A stretch of 64,000 bases of DNA from the IMG/VR virus record IMGVR_UViG_3300045988_180522, one strand, 5' to 3'. This document shows, one piece after another, positions 19,163-27,817 of the stretch (its first letter is position 1; each line of letters begins with the position of its first letter). The notes beneath the pieces were generated by a model. It ran no database searches. It saw nothing but the letters and a program-made list of their open reading frames with translations, and had not been told where the DNA came from. A program made the translations under genes and the position numbers. This stretch comes from a virus.

Positions 19163-20653
19163 ATCTCCACTTCCTTCCAGGAACTCACTGATCATAGCCT
19201 CATCCCTTGAAGCATCAGCCATAAGAACAGACTCTTCCCCTTTAACATCCTGTGATATCCACAGCCATCCCTCCCTTGGAATGAAGCATGATCTGGTTCT
19301 TTCATTCTTAGGAAGATTCAAAAGGTTCGGGTCTGTGGAACTGAATCTGGTGGTATCTGTTCCAAGCTGATGATAATTAGTATAGACCCTCCCGGTCCGG
19401 GGGTGGATATTTTCAAGGAATTTAGGCCCGTAAGTACTGACTACTTTCTCCAGTTTCTTGTATTTACAGTAGAGATCTACAATTTTATGGATATACCTCT
19501 GCGGCTTTATTTTCTTGGCATCACAGGTCTTTTTAAATCCTGTGGGACTATCCTTGTCTTCTACCATAACATCACATCCCAGCTCCTCCAGCAGAGGGAT
19601 TACCTGTCCTGAACTGGACCAGTTGATATCACATACATATCTTTCGGATTCATGAAACATATCGTACTGAGGATCCTCATAGATGTACGGATATTGCGAC
19701 ATTCTCTCATAGGCTATTTTCCTGTATTCCAGATTCCCGTCCTTAACTACCTTGTCCAGATCCGGCCTCCTCTTAAGTCTTTTCCTTTTTACAGGAACAG
19801 TCTTTCCTTTTACTTTCTTTGTCTTGTTGGAATCCTGGACATTGTTTGTAACCCATTCTTTCTGTTCCTCTTTGGACATGGAATAAGGATCGAAATAAAG
19901 GATTTTCCCCGGAGACGGATGTTCCAGTGAATATTCTATTACAGCCTTATTAAGAGCTTCTACAGACTCCTTAAGATCCCTCATATCATCTTCCGCCTTC
20001 TCCATCCATTTTTCCCGGCTTACAATCACTCCGCACCATTCCATATAAGACAGAGGGGCAATAGTCATTCCTTCTATAGCAGCAGCAGTATACAAATCCT
20101 GTCTTCTAAGCTCCTCTTCCTGCTTATCAGCTATCATAAGAAGATATTTCACATCATCACATGCATACACTATTACCTCAGGAGTAAGGCCTCTGGAAGC
20201 TATCTCCGTACGTACGGACTTATCCATACTGACTCCTGCATATCTGTGGGCCAGTCCCTGTAAACTTGCTGAAGGATAAGAAGGGTACCCTAGATATATC
20301 AGCTGTTCATTCAGGAACAGGTCATACATATTCATAATACATATTCTGTGATTATGCAGGTATTTGGCATCAAACTTACCATTAACTACTATAAACTGTA
20401 TGTCCTCAGATTCCAGCAACTCCTTATATAGTTGTATATCAATAGTATAAGTGTCAACAAGGATTTGTATATCAAAGTTTCCAAACTGTATACACCTGAT
20501 ATTCCCTGAATGACAGTCCAGTGAAGTAGTCTCAGTATCGAATCCTATTCTTTTCATACTGCGGAGGATATCCAGGGATTTCTCCACAGACATCCTCCCG
20601 TATTTATCAGAGGTTCCGAACAGGTCAGTATTATTACTTACTACATACCTCAT
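19130..20653 (-). CDS. polA: DNA polymerase A exon 1 ORF: 3'-5' exonuclease domain plus polymerase palm through motif A (507 aa ORF; splice donor predicted at 19163)
   Basis: GFDTETTSLD matches the Exo I motif. TTRFSSTDPNLLNLP aligns with TGRLSSSDPNLQNIP, and DVKGEESVLMADASRDEAMISEFLEGSGD aligns with [28 protein letters not shown] (motif A). The ORF terminates 3 residues after the DIH-equivalent. Confidence 0.8.
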   Translation of the reverse strand: MRYVVSNNTDLFGTSDKYGRMSVEKSLDILRSMKRIGFDTETTSLDCHSGNIRCIQFGNFDIQILVDTYTIDIQLYKELLESEDIQFIVVNGKFDAKYLHNHRICIMNMYDLFLNEQLIYLGYPSYPSASLQGLAHRYAGVSMDKSVRTEIASRGLTPEVIVYACDDVKYLLMIADKQEEELRRQDLYTAAAIEGMTIAPLSYMEWCGVIVSREKWMEKAEDDMRDLKESVEALNKAVIEYSLEHPSPGKILYFDPYSMSKEEQKEWVTNNVQDSNKTKKVKGKTVPVKRKRLKRRPDLDKVVKDGNLEYRKIAYERMSQYPYIYEDPQYDMFHESERYVCDINWSSSGQVIPLLEELGCDVMVEDKDSPTGFKKTCDAKKIKPQRYIHKIVDLYCKYKKLEKVVSTYGPKFLENIHPRTGRVYTNYHQLGTDTTRFSSTDPNLLNLPKNERTRSCFIPREGWLWISQDVKGEESVLMADASRDEAMISEFLEGSGDRLHVSLYSNI

Positions 20654-21251
20654 TTTTTTTTATTTTATGCCATACTATATACTTATCAAAATCTATCTTC
20701 CACTTGTGCTTGTCGAAGAATTCACTTCCGAGGATTCCTGTAACATTAAGGCCCTCCCTGTTGCTGAACTCTCTCAGTCCTTTCAGGTCTGAGACCAGAA
20801 AGTCCTCATTGAATTCCATATTCCTGATATTAAATCTGACCTGCATACCATAGGAATCCATAATAGCTCCGTTCCCCACCTGTATCTTATCTCCTTCGGC
20901 TATTGTCTTCCCTTTCAGCTTATCCTTTATAGTATACAGGAATTGAATATCAAGGCAGTTCTGGTGAGCTCCGGAATCCAGAAGGAACCTGCATTTCTTA
21001 CCATACAGGTGAACAATGATCATCGGAGTCTTTGTCCTTTCGAAATAATCCTCAAAAGAGAAAAACTCCCATTCTTTTGTATTCTCATTGTTCCTGTTCA
21101 GATCCCTTGAGATTCTCAGGGTAATAAGATATACCGGCCACAATGCCAGTAATAAAAATGCCAGACATACCATCCCCATATTACCTCCTTCCGGTGGAGC
21201 CGAATCCTCCTCTGGACTCATTTCCCAGATGTTGTACTTCCACAAACTCAA
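20634..21251 (-). CDS. Membrane-anchored retropepsin-like aspartic protease (205 aa)
   Basis: Has an N-terminal TM helix ([19 protein letters not shown]) followed by [13 protein letters not shown], which carries the D-S/T-G-A aspartyl protease signature. Confidence 0.5.
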   Translation of the reverse strand: MSLWKYNIWEMSPEEDSAPPEGGNMGMVCLAFLLLALWPVYLITLRISRDLNRNNENTKEWEFFSFEDYFERTKTPMIIVHLYGKKCRFLLDSGAHQNCLDIQFLYTIKDKLKGKTIAEGDKIQVGNGAIMDSYGMQVRFNIRNMEFNEDFLVSDLKGLREFSNREGLNVTGILGSEFFDKHKWKIDFDKYIVWHKIKKNEVCSK

Positions 21252-21389
21252 TTTTCTTTGTGAACAACCACTTTATCTTCTGCCATGGTGTTGCAAACTG
21301 GTTAGGCTGTATCCTGAACTGTGCTATCCAGTCCCCTTTTTTATCTATATACATCTCTGTTCTGGCAGAATGCAGTTTGTATCTTATTT

Positions 21390-22418
21390 TCATATTACAT
21401 TAATGTTAGTAATTTCTCTTCTGTAATTATTTACATATGTGTCATAGGAATAGTTGAATATTCCTGTACTGATATGCCATCGGCATTCCCTATACAGCCG
21501 TACCCATCCCTTGTATACTGTGCCTTTATCGTCCACAAATCCGTTTGTATTCAGTGACATCCTGAAATCCCACTGTATAGGGCCGGGAGAGCTGGTATTA
21601 ATAGTGATGAAGGAGAATACAGGGTCTACAGTATATTCCCTGAAATCAGGATCCTTCTCTATAATACTCTTCAACCCTTGTACATACATGCAGGCCTGGA
21701 TGTAATACCCGTACCTGGTTACAGAGTCAGGGAAATATTCTTCCCATTTTCCTGTAGTTTTCAGGTCATAGATCTTTATGGTTTTCCTGATATGGTTGAC
21801 GATGATAAGGTCAGGCATAAATTTATACTCACCGACATGTTTCACATTGGCTATAAACTTCAGCTGGGTAAACATTTCTGTTTCTCCGTTGTTACTGCAA
21901 CGGGGATATACAGGGCTGTCAAGGAGTATCTCGGAAGCTCTCAGCAATGACTCATACTGATCTACTGACAGTATCTTCTTTCCCTCAGTCAGCAGGCTGT
22001 AATACTTCCCCGCAGACTTTACTATCTTATCCACCCTAGTGTCATCCTTCCAGTTAGTTTGATAGTCATGCATATTTGCAGCAGTGACAATAACCTGTTT
22101 CGGGATTGAATCCAGTGCTTTACCCGGAAAGGCATTGTGAATGGAATCTGCTATACTTTTAAGTTTGTCTCCCGGCATATCACAGTCGGCCAGGAAAGAA
22201 AAGTTCTTCCTGATGTATACAGGGCCTTCAAATACTATTCTGTCCATCAATGCCCCTCTCTCCAGATACCTGTCTGTATCCGTATCATGGTCAAGGTATT
22301 TCTTTATAGCCTGAGGTCCTTCCCTGTTGTAGGCACTGAGCATTGAATAGGATATCAGATCCATAGATCTGTATTCCTCATCTGTTATATTTTTTGACAG
22401 GTCTTTAAAGCTTTTCAT
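21390..22418 (-). CDS. PD-(D/E)xK family nuclease (342 aa), putative recombination exonuclease
   Basis: [10 protein letters not shown]...[10 protein letters not shown] supplies the D...(E/D)xK motifs II/III in RecB/Cas4/YqaJ-like spacing. Confidence 0.4.
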   Translation of the reverse strand: MKSFKDLSKNITDEEYRSMDLISYSMLSAYNREGPQAIKKYLDHDTDTDRYLERGALMDRIVFEGPVYIRKNFSFLADCDMPGDKLKSIADSIHNAFPGKALDSIPKQVIVTAANMHDYQTNWKDDTRVDKIVKSAGKYYSLLTEGKKILSVDQYESLLRASEILLDSPVYPRCSNNGETEMFTQLKFIANVKHVGEYKFMPDLIIVNHIRKTIKIYDLKTTGKWEEYFPDSVTRYGYYIQACMYVQGLKSIIEKDPDFREYTVDPVFSFITINTSSPGPIQWDFRMSLNTNGFVDDKGTVYKGWVRLYRECRWHISTGIFNYSYDTYVNNYRREITNINVI

Positions 22419-22633
22419 ACTAATTGTTTTAAAATGTGTTCAGCTCTGTCCAGGGCATCCATATCCACACTGATATGCAGATCAGGATTCCTGTTGAATT
22501 TCTCTCTGATCAGGCTGATAATATTGATTACGGTCTCATATTCCCTGTTTTTCAGGGAATCCACTGATGCTCTCAGGTAATTTACTGGCATTGACTGTAT
22601 CAGGCTGATGATTTTCCGTTCTTCTTCATTCAT
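22415..22633 (-). CDS. Hypothetical protein (72 aa)
   Basis: ORF with ATGA coupling at both ends. Confidence 0.45.
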   Translation of the reverse strand: MNEEERKIISLIQSMPVNYLRASVDSLKNREYETVINIISLIREKFNRNPDLHISVDMDALDRAEHILKQLV

Positions 22634-23124
22634 GTCTTCATTTTGTTTTTAATTTCTTCAATACACTTCTTCATGCTGTGTACCGTCGTTACTTCAAAAA
22701 ACCTCACCTCCAGGCCCTGATGGTCTGATTTGTTCAGGTAATCTATAAACAGTTTTCTCTTTACAGGGTATACATCATTCCTGAATCCTTTTACCTCTAT
22801 AATATCCAGAACATTACCATGCCTGTATACAAAATCAGGGGTATATGTAAGGTCACGGAGTTTCCTGATATCAGGCTGAAAGACAGCTGCCTGTCCTCTT
22901 CTGCTGTATGTACTCCATACCTGTACATTATCAGGGTAGTCCCCTTTCATGAGTATTATCTTTTCAGGCTCATACTCCAGTCTTATTCCTTCTCTCAGGG
23001 CATACCTGTACATATTCAGTTCAGCCTTCGACTTAAACTGTATACCATCGAAGAATCCGGGGGTGGCATTTTTAATCTTCCTGTTCTTATCAGAATGGGA
23101 GATCGTCTGTTTCTTCTTCATCAT
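22630..23124 (-). CDS. DUF1064-type PD-(D/E)xK nuclease (164 aa)
   Basis: GIQFKSKAELNMYRYAL, YTPDFVY, DIIEVKG and KRKLFIDYL match the conserved DUF1064 blocks (F-D-S-K-x-E-A-R-R-Y, Y-x-A-D-F, V-E-D-V-K-G). Confidence 0.55.
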   Translation of the reverse strand: MMKKKQTISHSDKNRKIKNATPGFFDGIQFKSKAELNMYRYALREGIRLEYEPEKIILMKGDYPDNVQVWSTYSRRGQAAVFQPDIRKLRDLTYTPDFVYRHGNVLDIIEVKGFRNDVYPVKRKLFIDYLNKSDHQGLEVRFFEVTTVHSMKKCIEEIKNKMKT

Positions 23125-23803
23125 ATTCAGGTAATAACCATTTGAATTCAGTCCCCATATTCTCCTTCATGAACCTGTTTATCCTGGCAAACGGATCATC
23201 TGTCATTCTGGTATTACTACGGGCAAAATAAGCAGGATGTTCACATTTCAGTATACATGCCGCATTCTGCACTGCCGGAATGAAGGAGGCTGCCTGAGCC
23301 CCGAAGAACAGCCATATTACATCTGTTCTGTCGGAAGAAAACATTCTGATAAAGGTATCTGTAAATTCCCTCCAGGCAGCCTGATGGCTACCCGGGGAAT
23401 TTACCTTTACAGTAAGGGCTGAATTTATCATCAGTATTCCCTGAGACACCCATGACTCAAGAGTGGGATCGAATCTGGCTTCATCAGAAGGCCTGTAAGA
23501 AGAGATCTCAGGATGCAGGATACATTCCTTCAGTATCTTTAAAGAAGGACTTAAATCTTCGGATTTGGTACCTTCTTTATTGCCGAACAATATTCCCGTA
23601 GCTACTCCTTTTTGAGGGTAGGGATCCTGTCCCACTATAACAAGCCAGGTCCTGGAGGGGTCTGTAAGATGAAAGGCACGGAATACCTTATCTATTTCCG
23701 GACACATATTATCTGTATCCTTATCTATAGATGTGAGGGTATTCATGAGCACCTGTTCATTCATATAGACTCCCCATTTACCTAATAATTCATTTTTGAT
23801 CAT
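23090..23803 (-). CDS. ung: Uracil-DNA glycosylase, family 1 (UNG-like, 237 aa)
   Basis: VIVGQDPYPQKGVATGILF aligns with UNG V-I-L-GQDPYH-G-P-N-Q-A-H-G-L-C-F, INSALTVKVNSPGSH with NTVLTVRAGQANSH, and EHPAYFARS with HPSPLS. Motif A reads GQDPYP (His to Pro). Confidence 0.7.
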   Translation of the reverse strand: MIKNELLGKWGVYMNEQVLMNTLTSIDKDTDNMCPEIDKVFRAFHLTDPSRTWLVIVGQDPYPQKGVATGILFGNKEGTKSEDLSPSLKILKECILHPEISSYRPSDEARFDPTLESWVSQGILMINSALTVKVNSPGSHQAAWREFTDTFIRMFSSDRTDVIWLFFGAQAASFIPAVQNAACILKCEHPAYFARSNTRMTDDPFARINRFMKENMGTEFKWLLPEYDEEETDDLPF

Positions 23804-24365
23804 ACAATTGATTGATTATAACATTATAATTCTTACTGAGATACGCAGTTACAAACTGATCTGCATTCTCCAGAGCCTTCATCTTTACTGAAGGGGTCAC
23901 AACAGTATACTGTTCCTTATCGACAGCCTTTACAGAAAGAGTAGTATAGACGGAATGGATAGTGTATTCTAACGATACAGCTGTATTTATCAGTCTTGTC
24001 ATATCTGCTTTTGATAATACAGGAGCATCATAATTTATATAAATCTCTTTTTTATCAATAAAGACAGAGAGGATGACCTCCTTGTCATATATAGCTGTCC
24101 CTGCTATACACAGCATATTGGATCCTTTATACTGTAGTATGTATGGACTATTCCTACTACTACTTATAGTGTGTATAGCCTCCTTCAGAGATTTTGCCAC
24201 CATTATACGATCTATACATGGAATGTAGTACTTACCTTCATTGTTACCGACCTGTATCAGGTAATCATGCATATCGTTATTATTCGCATGATATACACGT
24301 ATTAGTGGAGAGGTGTTACAGTAAGCTCCATCCAGTATATTGCTTAATGTATACATTTCCATCAT
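23790..24365 (-). CDS. Hypothetical protein (191 aa), last gene of the Ubl-conjugation operon
   Basis: Has a 4-nt ATGA overlap with the E1-like gene. No motif recognised. Confidence 0.5.
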   Translation of the reverse strand: MMEMYTLSNILDGAYCNTSPLIRVYHANNNDMHDYLIQVGNNEGKYYIPCIDRIMVAKSLKEAIHTISSSRNSPYILQYKGSNMLCIAGTAIYDKEVILSVFIDKKEIYINYDAPVLSKADMTRLINTAVSLEYTIHSVYTTLSVKAVDKEQYTVVTPSVKMKALENADQFVTAYLSKNYNVIINQLYDQK

Positions 24366-25057
24366 TCGATAAATTTAGTGGTCATCAAAGGACCGTGATA
24401 CTCCATAAAGAAGGGGGCATATCTTTCCGACTGCATGTATACCTGACACAGCTTGTTGACAAATACATTGGCTATCATTCCTCCTATCTGCATAGCCATA
24501 AATGCAGTCTGTTTATAGGAGCAGATCTGTTCCTCAGCCTCTGCATCACTGAAAAGATACTGCTCTTCATATCTTTCCATATTCTCCTTCTCACTGCTTT
24601 CCATACATATAATCTGATACATTTCGGCACTTAGTCTGCCATCTATAAACACAGACTTACTTTTGCTATCAACATTACGTTTCCAGGCTTCATAAACTTC
24701 CCTTCTTGATTCCATATTATCAAGGCATGATATAACATGTCCTGAGAATACTTTGTTCCTGGTTACCCTCTCCCTGTAGCATCCTGTCCATGGTATAACC
24801 CTGAATGCCTCCAATACTCTCTTCATAGATACAGCCTTACTTTGTCCTATAAGACTATCGAAATACATCTGTCCGGCCATATTCTCAGGAGAAACTACAT
24901 CGGGGTCTATAAGATTCATACTCTTTACACCGAGCTTTCCTATAGCAAAAGAGGTCCAGCTTCCTATACCTCCGAGTCCTACAATATTCGCATGTTGGTA
25001 TTTTAACATTTCGAACCATACAGCCCCGGAGAATCTTTGTGTACAATTTTCATTCAT
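24362..25057 (-). CDS. E1-like ubiquitin-activating enzyme (ThiF/MoeB family, 231 aa)
   Basis: IVGLGGIGSWTSFAIGKLGVKSMNLIDPDVVSPENMAGQ aligns with the ThiF/MoeB Rossmann segment G-x-G-G-x-G...D-x-D-V-V-S-L-S-N-L-Q-R-Q. Further matches are GQSKAVSMKRVL to GQPKVESARDAL and VISCLDNMESRREVY to VLDCTDNVAVRNQLN. Confidence 0.8.
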   Translation of the reverse strand: MNENCTQRFSGAVWFEMLKYQHANIVGLGGIGSWTSFAIGKLGVKSMNLIDPDVVSPENMAGQMYFDSLIGQSKAVSMKRVLEAFRVIPWTGCYRERVTRNKVFSGHVISCLDNMESRREVYEAWKRNVDSKSKSVFIDGRLSAEMYQIICMESSEKENMERYEEQYLFSDAEAEEQICSYKQTAFMAMQIGGMIANVFVNKLCQVYMQSERYAPFFMEYHGPLMTTKFIE

Positions 25058-26070
25058 AATGTCTTCAATTTACTTTCAACTAATTCAAGGATAGGATCCA
25101 GACTGTCATCCTCATAATCACATATATACCTGATTACCTTTTCCAGGATCTCCTTCTTCTTATACTTAGGATCTATATCCTCCCACATCCTGTAGTACGG
25201 CGGATTACTGTCGGCCTCATCGATAAGTTCGGATACTATACTGTCTACATTATCCAGACGCAGGAATCCGGATAATACCTTACATACTCCTGTATCAATG
25301 TCATTGTTCTGGCAGGAAGCTCTTTGTATAATACCCTGTGATATATCGGTGCTTTTCATATAAGCTGAGGGCCGGTATGGTATAATACTCTTATAGTCCC
25401 GATGTTCAGAAAGCCAGTCTCTGTTTGCTGTCATACATGGTGCCTTACGTCTTGATATTTCCCTTGCCGTAGATAAGGGAGATTCAGGGAATTTAAGGAA
25501 GGATTTCGGATATTTTACATCCAGTGAGTAAGTCTCTATCTGAGTAGAGGTAAACTTCTTCTCACCTGTATATATGGTATTTCCGTCAGGATCTGTGTAT
25601 GATCCTTTCAAAGTACCATTATAAACTACTTTCCTTGTTATTCTGGCCTCGTAGGTATGACTTGAATCTACCACCAGTGACAGGAACCAGTTCTTTTCCT
25701 TCCCTTCACTTGCCAGGGTCTGCATATCTTCCCCTGAGAAGAAAGCCCCCATGCGGTGATGTGAGTGTATGAGCCCTATACTGCTGCCCTCAAGTTCATT
25801 ATCAGATATGAAAGCTGCTATGTACCTGTTAACATCATTACTGTCATATTGAGTATGTACGGATGTTCCTATATCAAGTATGAGAATATCCTTTACTACA
25901 GCGGAAATCTTTCCTTTTCTGTCTTTAATACTGTAAAACAAAACTCCTGACCACTCAGTGTCAGGAAGTTCGAAGATAGCCCAATCTATCTTATTCTGAA
26001 TGTCCCTGGGAATTTCTATATTTCCTATATTTCTCAGGGATTGCTCGTTCTGATGTATATTTTTCTGCAT
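25054..26070 (-). CDS. JAB/JAMM (MPN+) metalloprotease, deubiquitinase-like (338 aa)
   Basis: IHSHHRMGAFFSGEDM fits H-x-H-x7-S-x2-D exactly. A conserved Glu lies upstream (ELPDTEW). Confidence 0.8.
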   Translation of the reverse strand: MQKNIHQNEQSLRNIGNIEIPRDIQNKIDWAIFELPDTEWSGVLFYSIKDRKGKISAVVKDILILDIGTSVHTQYDSNDVNRYIAAFISDNELEGSSIGLIHSHHRMGAFFSGEDMQTLASEGKEKNWFLSLVVDSSHTYEARITRKVVYNGTLKGSYTDPDGNTIYTGEKKFTSTQIETYSLDVKYPKSFLKFPESPLSTAREISRRKAPCMTANRDWLSEHRDYKSIIPYRPSAYMKSTDISQGIIQRASCQNNDIDTGVCKVLSGFLRLDNVDSIVSELIDEADSNPPYYRMWEDIDPKYKKKEILEKVIRYICDYEDDSLDPILELVESKLKTL

Positions 26071-27112
26071 AAGCGGTTAATAAAGATTCAACAATATCGA
26101 CGAATACACTATACACCTTTGGTTGTATAAAGTATCGGAAATCGGGAATAATATCATCTTTCGGTTCTACACGGAGTCTTACAGGACTGCCTTTAAACAT
26201 GAACAGTATACGTTCAATATCCGGGTCAATGTCAGTTATTTCAGGTGCATTATACCTATATATATATCCGAAACTATCCTGAAATCCTCTATATAAGGGT
26301 ATATCCAAGTAACAGTCCTCAGCTAAATCTGATAATATAACTGCCAGTTCTTCCGGTGTATAACTGAGCTTTACCCTTCCGTCACATTCTGCAAGCTTTA
26401 TATTACCTGATACCAGAAAGGTTTTTACAAGATACTTTATATCCGGTATACTTACAGATACGTTACTTGTATCCGAATACTGTGTATATATAAGTCTGTC
26501 GGACTTTTCTATATTCAGATCTGCCATATACTGATAGGGGCCTCCGGATACAGACTCCACATGTATGTACTGATCCAGTAATACAGGAAGAGTCTCTGTA
26601 AATCCAGGTTCCCATATAGATTTCATAGTACTTATTACAGTACTCAGGGCTGTTTTCCCAAGACAACATGTCCTAAATGCCCCTGACAGGTCTAAGTTAC
26701 TGTGACAATGTGAATGGATATACCCTCTGCATGCCTCGATATATGAGTAGGTACCTCTGTTCATTCTTATGCCTTCTACGGACAGCATAAGGTTGTTAAA
26801 TGTAAGTTTGATATACAGATCCTTTATAGTATGCGTTTCTTCTACTTCATTCTGTATAATAACCTCCGGGCGGTATATAATAATTGTAAATGCTGGTGTG
26901 TTCAAACCTTCGCTATGTCTACTCAGTATCTCGTTTATGGCATCATCGAATGTGTCACATTTCTGTATAATATCTTCATACATAGAAAGTAATTTTATCC
27001 TTTCAGAACAGACATCCTCATCTACATACTCCTCCCCGAAATAATCATTAAAGGAGGAGAGGAGGCTATCGAATCTCCGATATACCTCCTCAATGGCCTC
27101 ATCTACTGTCAT
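25991..27112 (-). CDS. E2-like (UBC-fold) protein candidate (373 aa)
   Basis: HSNLDLSGAFRTCCLGKTALSTVISTMKSI aligns with the UBC active-site region HPNINSNGSICLDIL...TISKVLLSI. An HxN tripeptide, a Gly and the catalytic Cys are all at canonical spacing. Confidence 0.45.
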   Translation of the reverse strand: MTVDEAIEEVYRRFDSLLSSFNDYFGEEYVDEDVCSERIKLLSMYEDIIQKCDTFDDAINEILSRHSEGLNTPAFTIIIYRPEVIIQNEVEETHTIKDLYIKLTFNNLMLSVEGIRMNRGTYSYIEACRGYIHSHCHSNLDLSGAFRTCCLGKTALSTVISTMKSIWEPGFTETLPVLLDQYIHVESVSGGPYQYMADLNIEKSDRLIYTQYSDTSNVSVSIPDIKYLVKTFLVSGNIKLAECDGRVKLSYTPEELAVILSDLAEDCYLDIPLYRGFQDSFGYIYRYNAPEITDIDPDIERILFMFKGSPVRLRVEPKDDIIPDFRYFIQPKVYSVFVDIVESLLTAYAEKYTSERAIPEKYRKYRNSQGHSE

Positions 27113-27792
27113 CTCAGGTACTTAAGTTCTTCCTTCAATTCTGACAGAAGGTTTTCGGTTTCATTCTTCCTGACAGATCCCTCCCTGATACTATTAATGT
27201 CAGTATCACTCAGGATTCCCTTATTATACAGGCAATTCAGCAGGCTATCCAGTCTGGCTGCGGACCATACAGATTCTGTACCACAGGGTTCCGGCTTATT
27301 TTCTTCCTCTTTGTCCTTCTCCATAGTATCATACACTGCCTCCAGGACCTCCTCCTTCTTATCCTGTACCTTTTTCTTATTACCTGATGTACGTTCCATT
27401 TTTGTTATGAAGGCTGTAAGGTTATCACTTGATACCTGTGTGTAATTCCTTCCAAATTCTTTTTTCACATCCTCCTGTAAACCTCTTGAGACAATCATTT
27501 GGTTAATTTCTTTTCTGGATAATGTTCCGGAAGATACTTTCTTGTTCGGAGTCATTAGGATAATAGACAATTCACGTGTAGGATTCCCACGGAACATCAC
27601 AGTGTCAGGAAGAAGGCTCTGGTCATCCGTAAGCATAGTTCTTGATCTTCCTTCATGGAATTCCTTACCACTATAATTGATTCCGGCATTATCCAGCTCC
27701 CTTTTCAGTTCTCCAAGGGTTCCTGCTGTACTTTCAATCTGTTTTGCCCAGCTAACTGTCTCATCTGTAATTCTGATAATTCTACTTTCCAT
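27109..27792 (-). CDS. Candidate ubiquitin-like (beta-grasp) protein with C-terminal extension (227 aa)
   Basis: The N-terminal ~69 aa MESRIIRIT...TLGELKRELDNAGI...RTMLTDDQSLLPDTVMFRG follows the ubiquitin pattern (IFVKTLTGK...TIENVKAKIQDKEGI...[23 protein letters not shown]) and ends in RG before the extension. Confidence 0.3.
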   Translation of the reverse strand: MESRIIRITDETVSWAKQIESTAGTLGELKRELDNAGINYSGKEFHEGRSRTMLTDDQSLLPDTVMFRGNPTRELSIILMTPNKKVSSGTLSRKEINQMIVSRGLQEDVKKEFGRNYTQVSSDNLTAFITKMERTSGNKKKVQDKKEEVLEAVYDTMEKDKEEENKPEPCGTESVWSAARLDSLLNCLYNKGILSDTDINSIREGSVRKNETENLLSELKEELKYLR

Positions 27793-27817
27793 AATCTGAT
27801 TGTTTTAATATTGATTG

